A program made the translations under genes and the position numbers. Positions 27,558 to 36,465 of a DNA stretch of 62,913 nucleotides are shown here, piece by piece (the first letter of the stretch is position 1; the number at the start of each line of letters is the position of its first letter). This DNA comes from Candidatus Terrybacteria bacterium RIFCSPHIGHO2_01_FULL_43_35 (GTDB lineage: Bacteria; Patescibacteriota; Minisyncoccia; Terrybacterales; GWB1-40-14), in the NCBI GenBank assembly GCA_001822815.1, contig MHSR01000016.1, positions 1 through 62,913 of the forward strand. The letters run 5' to 3'. The notes beneath the pieces are model-generated. The model was not told the origin of the DNA. It did not search any database and saw only the letters and a program-made list of their open reading frames with translations.

Positions 27558-28790
27558 TTATTTAGCCAGGTTCGGTGACGGCTTAAGAACGACATTTTCT
27601 CCGCGCGCATAAAACTCTAACTCTTTTTCGTTGATAGTATAAATTTCGTCAGGATCCCAGCCATATAGGTTCCATATGGTGAAACAGTCTTGAGATCCAT
27701 TATTGCAAATGGTTTCATGTTTTTGGACATTTTCATCTATTTCGTAAATAGACGAATCGCTTTGTGCTAATTTTATCCAACGCGATACTGCAAAATCTTT
27801 TAGATAACCATCGGGCACGATTTTTAGTTTGCTGTTGAATGGCGCAAGATGCGAGTACCATTTTTCTATATCCGCAGTTAGAACGTGTCTTTTAAATTTT
27901 TTATTGCTCACTTGCTTTATGAGATATACGGAATTATCAGAAATTTCCCGTACAATGTCTCCGTCGTTGACCACCGGTTCTGGAACGGATAGAACCGCTA
28001 AGGCTGAAGAATGTATTATTACCGGCGTTCCTACATCGGCCCAGTCATATAATTCTTTGTCTTGGCCGTCAAAGAGTCTAACGCATCCTAAGGAATATGC
28101 GACTTTAATTTTTTCGCCGTTGGGCCAGTATGGCCAGCCGTGTATATAATATCCGGCACTGCTGAAATTTAAGCTCCATGGCATCCACACTCCGGAAAGT
28201 CTTGATTTGTGTTTCGGTTCTTTTCTAAGAACTCGAAAATGGCCTTCGGGTGTTGGTCCACGCGAAGGTTTGCCTTTTCCAGCAATCGGGAATGTTTTTA
28301 CCATTTGGCCATTTTCAAATAAAGTTAGAATCATCGTTTTCAAATTTATATCTATATATTTGCCCGTAGTGATTTGTGCCGAATAAACCGAAGTATCGGC
28401 TTTAATATCTATATTGTTTTTCACAGCAAAAGTATATTTTTTATTCAGCGGAGCTATTGCGGCAAACAGTGGATTGTTGAGAGTGACTTTGGTCAGATAA
28501 TCTATTCCGGATTCGAATCCATATTTTGGAATAAATATTAATGCGTGTTGATCGTTTGACCACAAAGTTTGTCCTTCGGTGTTGGGATAGATACTGAAAG
28601 ATTTTCGCGCCGTTTCTTCAGATGTCCAAACGGGATATTTCACCAGTATTATATCGCCGATTTCTACCAATTCTTCACGGGAAATGGAAACCGTGTATCT
28701 GGGCGCTTTGGAAAATACAGCAAAAAGTCCCAGACCGATGCTAATGCCTACTATTACCAATAAAAATAATTTAAATATAGATTTAAGCAT
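27558..28790 (-). CDS. L,D-transpeptidase (YkuD) domain protein with N-terminal anchor and Ig-like region
   Basis: IDINLKT, TPEGHF, YYIHG...SLGCVRL catalytic His/Cys motif. Confidence 0.88.
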   Translation of the reverse strand: MLKSIFKLFLLVIVGISIGLGLFAVFSKAPRYTVSISREELVEIGDIILVKYPVWTSEETARKSFSIYPNTEGQTLWSNDQHALIFIPKYGFESGIDYLTKVTLNNPLFAAIAPLNKKYTFAVKNNIDIKADTSVYSAQITTGKYIDINLKTMILTLFENGQMVKTFPIAGKGKPSRGPTPEGHFRVLRKEPKHKSRLSGVWMPWSLNFSSAGYYIHGWPYWPNGEKIKVAYSLGCVRLFDGQDKELYDWADVGTPVIIHSSALAVLSVPEPVVNDGDIVREISDNSVYLIKQVSNKKFKRHVLTADIEKWYSHLAPFNSKLKIVPDGYLKDFAVSRWIKLAQSDSSIYEIDENVQKHETICNNGSQDCFTIWNLYGWDPDEIYTINEKELEFYARGENVVLKPSPNLAK

Positions 28791-28892
28791 ATCCTGTTGT
28801 ATATTAGTATTATAACATTACAAGATGCCTTATTTGAAATAAAACCGCTTGTTGCCGAAGCATAAGCGGGTCTCATGAATAAATTAGTGCTT

Positions 28893-29180
28893 TTAATTTT
28901 GATGCTTTGTTTTGTGGTGCAAATATTCAGCTTCTTCTTTGTGCGTGTTGCATACTAGTATGTAGTCCCACTCATTAGGGCCCTGGGTCCAGAGCGCATA
29001 TGCGATTTTGTCGCCGCAATTTTTTAAGTAGCAGGTTGCCGTTCTGTTTTTTAAGCTTTGTAAGTATTCTGATCTAAAATATCGCCCGTATTCCAAGATG
29101 AAAGTTTCGATATCTTGTATTAAGAGGCCAGGAGTATTTTGCGAATCAAGGTTGGGACCTATCAACGCTTTCCCCTTCAA
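28893..29180 (-). CDS. hypothetical protein, possible Cys/His zinc site
   Basis: 95-aa ORF with TTG start; CYLKNC and CNTH. Confidence 0.4.
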   Translation of the reverse strand: MKGKALIGPNLDSQNTPGLLIQDIETFILEYGRYFRSEYLQSLKNRTATCYLKNCGDKIAYALWTQGPNEWDYILVCNTHKEEAEYLHHKTKHQN

Positions 29181-29320
29181 GATCCACTGTTAATGAGTTA
29201 ATGATCTATCGACTTGTTTATATAGCAGATATGACGGGAGCACAAGGCGAGGATGGGTTGCATTATAAGCCACTTCTTATTATATTGGTTAAGATGCTTT
29301 TATTTTTAATTGTTTAATTT

Positions 29321-31471
29321 ATGAAGAATCAACTTAAAAAGGACGGTTTTACGCTTAGCGAGATAGTTTTGGCTATAGCTGTGGGTTTAGTAATTTTGGT
29401 TGGCATTGGCTACCAGGTTGGTACAAAGGGAAAGATTCATGTTTCCAATATTGAAAACGATACTACCATAAGCGGTGATTATGTCGTCAAGGCGAAATCA
29501 AAGACCGTAGTTCATAACGGCGTAACGTTGACTATAGAAGGTAATCTTATGCTTGATGGTGATATGGCTTGTGATGGAGGACCCCTGAATATCAACGTTA
29601 AAGGCAATGCCGTAATCAATAAAAATATCGAATGCAACCGAGCTGATAATTTGACGCAAGGTAATCCGGCTCTAGGTATTTCTTTGGTGATATCCGGCTC
29701 GATAATTTTCGGAAAAGACGCTTCTATTGTTTCTAATGGCCAAGTTCAAATAGTTGATGCTTCAGATAAATTGGCTACTACCCAAGAGGCTTTGGGTAAG
29801 CTCTTTGAAGAAGCCGCGCAACCAACCGGTGTTGGACCACGCATAGGGCCATTCCTTGAGAATGCCGCCAGCAAATCTAATAATTCCTCATCGGTTTACA
29901 ATAAAAATATGTTTACTGGCAACGACGAAGGTCATAGCGCTTTCCACGCTACAAATTTTATTAAAACTGCGTTTGCCAAAGGTGGCCCTGAACCATGCGT
30001 TGATGCAAACGGCAATCTTGTGAATGATTGTATAAGGTTAAGCGGTAAATGGTATGTCGGCCAAGGGCAAGCCACTCCAGGCGGTGTGAATGTTCCTACC
30101 CCGCCTAAAGGCGTAAACAATATTATTCTTAATTTCAATTTCGGTCCAGGGAAACAAGTACAATTGGCCGATTTTACGCTTTCCGGTCCAGACGGCCGCA
30201 AGGGCGAGGACGATGTTAATAAAAGCTGTAATGCTATTGGCGGCAAAGGCGAGAATGCTTTCCGGCTTATGGTTCTGGCCTCGCATATAACCATAAATAA
30301 TTTTGATTTGTTTTTGGGTAATGGCGGTAATGGCGGCGATGCCGAAACCATAAAAGATTGCGATCCGGGTAAGGCTAGGGGCGGTAAAGGCGGAGCAGCT
30401 GGTAACTTTAAGATGGTTGCCACCGATGATTTTTCAATATCCGGAGCTTTTAACATCCATCCTGGCAAGGGCGGCAAGGGAGGACAAGCGACTGCTAAAG
30501 GTAAAGACGGTGTTGATAGCTGTCCAGGCAAGAAAGGTGGCGATGCCACATCGACTGGCGGTGAAGGCGGGGATAATAAAAAAGAATTGGATGTCCAAGG
30601 CGGCGTTTCTGGAACCGAAAATATAAATATTGGTGAAGTAATTGGTGGCGAAGGTGGACTCGCGGTAACTCAGCCGGGTAAAGGCGGGAACGGTACTGGT
30701 TGTAAGTGTGATGGCGGCAAAGGCGGTAACGGTACGTCAAATGGCGGCAAAGGCGGTAATTCTTCAGTGAAAGTATTGGGTGCTCCTGGCACAGCTACCG
30801 GAGGTAAGGGTGGTGATGCCGATTCTCGCGGTGGCACAGGAGGAAATGGCGGTTCGTGTAATCCGACGGGCCCAGGAGGGAATGGCGGTAGTGGCGGAGA
30901 TGCAAAATCAAAAATTGGGAATGGTGGATCTAGCACAACTACAGATGGCGCGCCAGGCACTATTTTAAATGAAAAAGGCGGTGATGGCGGCAACGGCGGT
31001 GATGGTTGCAATGAAGGCGCCGGCGGCAAAGGCGGCAGCGGTAATCCTCTAGGCAATGACGGTTCGCCAGGTAAAAACTTGTGTCTTCCACCGTCCGGGG
31101 GCGATTCTTCAACTCACGATTGTCCGATAGGAAGTTTCTTTGATGTTTTCATGGAGATCTGTGTGCCTAACAGTAATCAAAGTCCGCCCCCGACTAATAC
31201 GACTCCGCCGCCATCAGATACTCCGCCGCCTGCTTCTAACATGACCCAGATAAGTGCCATTCAATATCAAAATAAATATCTTCCGGTTGACCAGTTGATA
31301 CAAGAAAACGAAGCTGGTTGCGGGCAAGTTCACTGGCACGCGGCTCAAGGATTTGTTCGGGCGACAGATTGCAGTATTGTTCAGGACCCGGGTCCTTTGT
31401 GCGGCTATGGTCCAGTAAGTCAGTATCCAGTAATGGAAATCGACGTCAGTACAGAAAACACTTGCAACTAA
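29321..31471 (+). CDS. Gly-rich, Cys-rich surface protein with prepilin-like N-terminus
   Basis: KKDG|FTLSE class III signal motif; about 300 aa of GGxGGxG repeats; Pro-rich linker; Cys-rich C-terminus. Confidence 0.8.
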   Translation: MKNQLKKDGFTLSEIVLAIAVGLVILVGIGYQVGTKGKIHVSNIENDTTISGDYVVKAKSKTVVHNGVTLTIEGNLMLDGDMACDGGPLNINVKGNAVINKNIECNRADNLTQGNPALGISLVISGSIIFGKDASIVSNGQVQIVDASDKLATTQEALGKLFEEAAQPTGVGPRIGPFLENAASKSNNSSSVYNKNMFTGNDEGHSAFHATNFIKTAFAKGGPEPCVDANGNLVNDCIRLSGKWYVGQGQATPGGVNVPTPPKGVNNIILNFNFGPGKQVQLADFTLSGPDGRKGEDDVNKSCNAIGGKGENAFRLMVLASHITINNFDLFLGNGGNGGDAETIKDCDPGKARGGKGGAAGNFKMVATDDFSISGAFNIHPGKGGKGGQATAKGKDGVDSCPGKKGGDATSTGGEGGDNKKELDVQGGVSGTENINIGEVIGGEGGLAVTQPGKGGNGTGCKCDGGKGGNGTSNGGKGGNSSVKVLGAPGTATGGKGGDADSRGGTGGNGGSCNPTGPGGNGGSGGDAKSKIGNGGSSTTTDGAPGTILNEKGGDGGNGGDGCNEGAGGKGGSGNPLGNDGSPGKNLCLPPSGGDSSTHDCPIGSFFDVFMEICVPNSNQSPPPTNTTPPPSDTPPPASNMTQISAIQYQNKYLPVDQLIQENEAGCGQVHWHAAQGFVRATDCSIVQDPGPLCGYGPVSQYPVMEIDVSTENTCN

Positions 31472-31481
31472 AATAAAAGTT

Positions 31482-31513
31482 AAAACGCTCTCTATACACC
31501 AGAGGGCGTTTTT
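31482..31513. terminator. intrinsic terminator
   Basis: AAAACGCTCTCT/AGAGGGCGTTTT stem with T-tract. Confidence 0.7.
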
Positions 31514-31528
31514 AACAGCCAGGTTTTA

Positions 31529-31557
31529 TTGACAAATATATAAAAATATGTTAACAT
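31529..31557 (+). promoter_or_regulatory. sigma70-type promoter of the NADAR-like gene
   Basis: TTGACA, 17 nt spacer, TAACAT; SD AGGAGGAG downstream. Confidence 0.55.
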
Positions 31558-31598
31558 TTATAAAACTTAGTACCTTCTAAAAAATAACAGGAGGAGAG

Positions 31599-32120
31599 AT
31601 GCTGGCATTGAATATCGGCAGCCAATCTGAGGATTGGCGGGCGCGTCTCTTGAGCAATTTCGCCGGCACACCCTTCATCATCGATGACCATCACATGGCT
31701 TCGGTTGAAGGTTTCATTCAGGGTATTAAATATCCTGAAGATCATCCTAATCGCGCCCGCGCTTTCGCATCTGATGGTTATGAAGCGAAAAGATACGGTT
31801 TCAAATGGAGCCTCGTCAAGATCCAGAAGACTTCGCTTGCCGGCAGATCCATGTTGGGCAAAGTACAGCGACAAACCAAGTTCGTGTGGTGGAATGGCGT
31901 AGCGATTCCGTACGGTTCCGCAGAACATCACGCACTTATTGAGCGCGCAACACGCGAAAAGTTTAACCAGAATCCAGAAGCCACGGAAGCTCTTCTGGCG
32001 ACAGGCACGTTGACCATCACTCACGACTTGGGCCGGCCAGAATCGCCGCATACGTCTCTTCCAGCCGCGATATTCTGTGACATCCTAACCAAGATCCGTC
32101 AGGAAGCCGCCGGCTCATAA
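31599..32120 (+). CDS. NADAR superfamily protein (YbiA / phage gp30.3-like)
   Basis: LLSNFA.TPF......SVEGFIQGIK, KFNQNPE...LLATG, IL.KIR. Confidence 0.75.
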   Translation: MLALNIGSQSEDWRARLLSNFAGTPFIIDDHHMASVEGFIQGIKYPEDHPNRARAFASDGYEAKRYGFKWSLVKIQKTSLAGRSMLGKVQRQTKFVWWNGVAIPYGSAEHHALIERATREKFNQNPEATEALLATGTLTITHDLGRPESPHTSLPAAIFCDILTKIRQEAAGS

Positions 32121-32127
32121 GCAATAC

Positions 32128-32157
32128 AAGCCCGCAGTAAAGTTTACTGCGGGTTTT
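32128..32157 (+). terminator. intrinsic terminator
   Basis: CCCGCAGTAAA-G-TTTACTGCGGG followed by TTTT. Confidence 0.75.
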
Positions 32158-32290
32158 AACTTAAAAAGTCCGTAAAACATTGACAAACTGCTAATTTTGT
32201 TGTATCATTATAACGGCTGGCTAAAAGCGAATTAATTTAAGTTTGATGGATATAAATGTTATAATAATTCTGTAATAAGTGCATTTTTTC

Positions 32291-33361
32291 ATGAATTTAA
32301 GCTTTAAAGCTATTTTTAAAGACCTTTTTTATCCTTCGGCAAAGAATAGTTTTGTCCCAGGTTTATTAAACGCGCGCGCGTTTTTTTATTATGGTTTGCT
32401 GGTTTTTATTGTCACAGTGATCATATTTTCTCCGTTAACCAAAACTCTTCCTTATAGAGTTTTTCTTGCTAACCTCTCGGGTCAATTGATTTTAGATGAT
32501 GTGAATCCTCAGAGAACTTCGGTTTCTTTGGCGCCGCTTCGAGTAGACCCCTTGCTTTCAGATGCCGCTCGCATGAAGGCTGAGGATATGATCGCGCGCA
32601 ATTATTTTTCTCATTTGGGTCCAAATGGAGAATTGCCGTGGGTTTGGTTTGACCGTCTTGGTTACAAATATTCAGCCGCAGGCGAAAATCTAGCTATAGA
32701 TTTCTCTGATCCCAACGCCCTGGTTAGTGCTTGGATGGCTTCACCCACTCACGCCGCTAATATACGCAACGGCACATTCAGTGATGTTGGCATAGGCTTA
32801 GCCGACGGTGTTTTCCAGGGCCGGAAAACAACTATTGTCGTTATGTTTTTGGGCCAAAAAGCCATCATCAAAACACAAGCTGTAACCAATACGGAAAACG
32901 TCGTTCCGCCCACCACAATAAACAGCAACGTATCAAATACTACTAATGTTTCGGTACCCGCACCTGCGGTTTCTGGCGCAACTGTTGCGGTGGAGCAAGT
33001 GCCTGTTGCAACAAATCATTTTTCAGAAACAATAGATAACAAGGTTTCTGAATTAGAAAAATCTGAAACCGAGGTTTTATTGGAAAAACCACTAATGGTA
33101 AGAACTCTTCTTGAAGCAGAACCTGCGCAGGTTGCTTCGGAAGACACTTCATTACAAGCGGCACACACCGATACCTTATCATTATTCTTCGTTAAGGGGC
33201 CCGCTCTTTTGCGTATTTTATTAAGCAGTTTGTTTACATCCATGCTTTTATTGGCCATAGTTGCATTTATGGTCGGCAAGCATTGGGCTCCGCTTCTAAT
33301 TTCACGGGCCAGTGCCCTGGTCTTATTTGGTTTAATTATGTGGCTGCCGAGGATATTTTAA
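32291..33361 (+). CDS. CAP/SCP-domain membrane protein
   Basis: KAEDMIARNYFSH, AGENLA, WMASPTHAANI, DVGIG; TMs at both ends. Confidence 0.9.
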   Translation: MNLSFKAIFKDLFYPSAKNSFVPGLLNARAFFYYGLLVFIVTVIIFSPLTKTLPYRVFLANLSGQLILDDVNPQRTSVSLAPLRVDPLLSDAARMKAEDMIARNYFSHLGPNGELPWVWFDRLGYKYSAAGENLAIDFSDPNALVSAWMASPTHAANIRNGTFSDVGIGLADGVFQGRKTTIVVMFLGQKAIIKTQAVTNTENVVPPTTINSNVSNTTNVSVPAPAVSGATVAVEQVPVATNHFSETIDNKVSELEKSETEVLLEKPLMVRTLLEAEPAQVASEDTSLQAAHTDTLSLFFVKGPALLRILLSSLFTSMLLLAIVAFMVGKHWAPLLISRASALVLFGLIMWLPRIF

Positions 33362-33483
33362 TCATAAGGTTTGCAAAGCAAAAGAAAGCCGCGCCAGGCG
33401 CGGTTTTAATTTAACAAATATTAAAGATATGATATAAAGTTTACACTTGCATCTTGATTTTCTAAAATAAAGGAGAACTGGAC

Positions 33484-33936
33484 ATGTCGCATGAAGCAAG
33501 TATCAGGAATATCATTTTTACCGAGTTGCTTGGCGCAACTGTGGACGCCGTTATCGAGTGGCAAGCCGCTCCAAATGGTTCATATGTTGCATTTATCAGC
33601 GGTGTTCGCTACGAGTTTTCTCGCCGTTATGACTACGACAATCCGTCGCTAGGCGAAAAAGAACAGTATGTACTTGTTGTTAGCGATGTGCATGGTAGTT
33701 CTACGGTTGAGATAATTTGGAATGGCGAATGGGATCATAGCAACGATGCGCGTAATCTTTTCATGTACCTAAATGGCACTGTTGGCGGGTACAAATTGTC
33801 ACGTAATGTTAATCAAACGCATCCGACGCTTCTTAATGCCTTTGGTTCGTTGCACGCCAAACGCACATATCCGCATTGGTGCGGTCAAAGGAGCGATTCT
33901 GATCCGGACACGGAACAATTGCTGGAACTTTCCTGA
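33484..33936 (+). CDS. hypothetical protein
   Basis: 150-aa ORF with SD AAGGAG and a downstream terminator-like hairpin. Confidence 0.6.
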   Translation: MSHEASIRNIIFTELLGATVDAVIEWQAAPNGSYVAFISGVRYEFSRRYDYDNPSLGEKEQYVLVVSDVHGSSTVEIIWNGEWDHSNDARNLFMYLNGTVGGYKLSRNVNQTHPTLLNAFGSLHAKRTYPHWCGQRSDSDPDTEQLLELS

Positions 33937-33971
33937 AACACTTTCCGCTCGCGATAAACGCGGGCTTTTAT

Positions 33972-33999
33972 TTGACAAAATCAATAATTGTGCTATAAT
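33972..33999 (+). promoter_or_regulatory. consensus sigma70 promoter
   Basis: TTGACA (33972-77), 16 nt spacer, TATAAT (33994-99). Confidence 0.7.
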
Positions 34000-34065
34000 G
34001 TAGTAGTCAATTCTGGATGCCCAGTTCTTATTGCTTAAGAACTGGACAAGTGAAGGAGAACAGTC

Positions 34066-34329
34066 ATGTCCGACCAGATCAGGAAGAACCGCGGCAACCG
34101 TCAGACCACCAACAAGCGAGTCGGAGCAGCGGCGCGCCAGGCCAAAGGCGATACTCGCCGCCTTGTCATGAACCGCGCCGAGCGCGCCGACACGCGCCAA
34201 GAAGTGCGCGCAACGCGCAGTCCGCAAGAACAGCTTGTCCTTCTGGACAAGCGTCCTGGAAAGGCTGCCAAAGAACGAGCTCGCCTCCGCAAGAAGATCG
34301 CTGCCTTCAAGCGGATAAAGTCCGCATAA
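34066..34329 (+). CDS. small, highly basic hypothetical protein
   Basis: 87 aa, Arg/Lys-rich; consensus promoter, SD GAAGGAG and terminator (GGCCGGTTG/CAACCGGCC) bracket it. Confidence 0.75.
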   Translation: MSDQIRKNRGNRQTTNKRVGAAARQAKGDTRRLVMNRAERADTRQEVRATRSPQEQLVLLDKRPGKAAKERARLRKKIAAFKRIKSA

Positions 34330-34466
34330 GGGTTTCGGCCGGTTGTCCCAAACAACCGGCCCATTTTTATATTAAAAAGATATAATCCTAAAGCCAAGAA
34401 ATCGGCTTTTTTGTTTTGTAAAAAGGCGTATAATGTTATTAGAATTGATTATTAATATTCAAAAAT

Positions 34467-34916
34467 ATGAAATTTCTATCGGTATTTTTACGAACTTTGG
34501 ATAAAATTAACCCGCCGAGTAAAGTTTACGCCCATTGCGATGTGCCATGCGGCATTTACGATATTGCTCCGGCTAAGATCGCCGCGAGCACCGTAGCCAA
34601 AATGGTTGAAAAAATAGAAGCCTTAAACTTTGAAGAATTGGACAAGCCAACCAGAAATTCTTTTGTCCGTATGGTTATGACCAAAGAACAGCACGCCGAG
34701 CTTTGCAAGCGCGAGCTTCTGATTTTGTGGACCGATTTTTTCAAGCCCGAACATTTAGCTATGTTTCCGGACCTGCACGATGCTTTTTGGCAAGCTACCA
34801 AGCTCTGTTCAAAAAATAAGCAGGGGATTGATCCGCAAGTCGCTCAAGAATTGCAGGATGCCGTGGCTAAAATAGGTGATATGTTAATGGAGGCCAAGGC
34901 TAAGGCCCAGAAATAG
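34467..34916 (+). CDS. sodN: nickel superoxide dismutase
   Basis: Ni-hook A|HCDVPCGIYD after a leader; KEQHAELCK, LWTDFFK. Confidence 0.95.
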   Translation: MKFLSVFLRTLDKINPPSKVYAHCDVPCGIYDIAPAKIAASTVAKMVEKIEALNFEELDKPTRNSFVRMVMTKEQHAELCKRELLILWTDFFKPEHLAMFPDLHDAFWQATKLCSKNKQGIDPQVAQELQDAVAKIGDMLMEAKAKAQK

Positions 34917-34924
34917 TTTCTATA

Positions 34925-35224
34925 ATGCGGTTTTCTATATTCGGACGTTTCATAGTTGAAGGAGATAGTATGGCGCCCGCCTTTTTAAAAGGCGAGCGAC
35001 TTGTTATAAGTTTTCTGCCTTATTTTTTTGGTGGCCCAAAAATCGGTGATGTTGTCGTTTTGCGACATCCGCAACAAAAGAATCTTTTACTACTTAAGCG
35101 CATAAACGATATTAAAGATAATAAATATACTGTTATTGGCGATAATTTAAATGGTACCGACAGCAGAACTTTTGGCCTTATTGACCGTAAGAATATAGTC
35201 GGCAAATTTGTAGCCAAGTATTAA
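34925..35224 (+). CDS. sodX: Ni-SOD maturation protease (S26-like)
   Basis: VEGDSMAP, GDVVV, LKR, GDN...DSR.FG; adjacent to sodN. Confidence 0.85.
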   Translation: MRFSIFGRFIVEGDSMAPAFLKGERLVISFLPYFFGGPKIGDVVVLRHPQQKNLLLLKRINDIKDNKYTVIGDNLNGTDSRTFGLIDRKNIVGKFVAKY

Positions 35225-35239
35225 AAAACAGCCCGATAT

Positions 35240-36319
35240 TTAATCGGAGCTGTTATTTGATTCTTCGTCCCAGTCATCTTTATATGCGTCTGGTCGCGGC
35301 ACAGTATCAACAACAAGCTCTATAGCTTTTTCTGACATTTCGGTTGTTGTAAGGCCTCTTTTAAGCGTTTCATGTCGGTAGTTTGGAGTAGTACGATGAG
35401 CGAGAACAGGAACCGCCAGATCCCGGATCATACTTGGAGTAACATAACGGATTTCTTGAATGAAAGCATAGGCGAGAGCGGCGTCTACGAGTCTTAACGA
35501 ACCGCGGGGCGAGGCTCCATATTCAAGGAGTCTTGTTGCTTTGGGGCCTAGAGCTTCCTTGCGTGTTGCATCAACTATATCGATAATGTATTCCTCGATC
35601 AATTTATCCATGTAAACAAGGCCGCCTTCACGGGGGCTTAAACGTAATGCCTGCCGCAGTTGCATAATTTGTTCACCAGAAATAACTGGCTGAACATTCT
35701 TTATCGGATGTCCTGTTTTTTGGCTTCTAATGATTTCCAGTTCGGCTTCTTTATCAGGATAGCCGATAGAAATGCGCATCATGAAACGGTCAAGCTGCGC
35801 GTTGCCAAGATTGAACGTGCCTTCCTGTTCAACGGGGTTTTGAGTAGCAATAGCTAAGAAAGGAGCCGGAAGATCTCTGGTTATGCCGTCAATCGTTACG
35901 GTGAGATTGCTCATACCCTCAAGAAAAGCCGAGCCAGTTTTGGCCGTTGTTCGGTTGAGTTCGTCGGCCAAGACAATGTTGGCAAATATAGGACCAGGCT
36001 GATAGTTAAATTCCTTGGTTTTTTCGTTATAGATAGAAAGACCGGTGACATCCGCAGGCATAAGGTCCGGCGTTGACTGAATTCGTTTATATTCAAGACT
36101 GGTTGACCGCGCTACAGTTTCGGCAAGTATGGACTTGCCAACGCCAGGCATGTCTTCCATAAGAATATGACCGTGTCTATTCAGTAAGCCTACAAGTGCA
36201 AGTTTAAGCGCATCCGACTTACCTTTTATGACCTTAGCCCATTCATCCAACAGCCTTGACTTTAGTTTATAGGCTTCTTCGAAATAGTTGGGTTCGATGA
36301 TAACGGGCGGTCCGCTCAT
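35240..36319 (-). CDS. MoxR-family AAA+ ATPase
   Basis: EDMPGVGKS, TPDLMPADVTG, LADELNR, ATQNPVEQEGT, LDRF, GASPRG; SD AAGGAG supports ATG 36319. Confidence 0.92.
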   Translation of the reverse strand: MSGPPVIIEPNYFEEAYKLKSRLLDEWAKVIKGKSDALKLALVGLLNRHGHILMEDMPGVGKSILAETVARSTSLEYKRIQSTPDLMPADVTGLSIYNEKTKEFNYQPGPIFANIVLADELNRTTAKTGSAFLEGMSNLTVTIDGITRDLPAPFLAIATQNPVEQEGTFNLGNAQLDRFMMRISIGYPDKEAELEIIRSQKTGHPIKNVQPVISGEQIMQLRQALRLSPREGGLVYMDKLIEEYIIDIVDATRKEALGPKATRLLEYGASPRGSLRLVDAALAYAFIQEIRYVTPSMIRDLAVPVLAHRTTPNYRHETLKRGLTTTEMSEKAIELVVDTVPRPDAYKDDWDEESNNSSD

Positions 36320-36465
36320 CTCTAACTCCTTTTTATCTATCAAGGTGCAGTTTTAAAGATAATATAATAGTACCAGCAATATGTCAATAGCTCGTGGTAG
36401 CGTATAGGGATTATAATAAAAGTAAAAGCGCTTCTTTGACAGAAAGCGCTATTTTTTTATCTTGT

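Noticed and set aside
29932-31056. Pro-rich antisense ORFs (205 aa, 128 aa)
   Set aside because: Expected antisense products of GGN-rich codons; no start signals.
30190-31080. Dense GGCGGCAAAGGCGG-type repeats, possible CRISPR or tandem array
   Set aside because: They are the codons of the Gly-rich domain of ORF 29321-31471; there is no constant repeat with unique spacers.
34017-34397. Overlapping ORFs 34017-34385(+) and 34101-34397(-)
   Set aside because: Shadows of the GC-rich 87-aa gene, which alone has the SD, promoter spacing and terminator.
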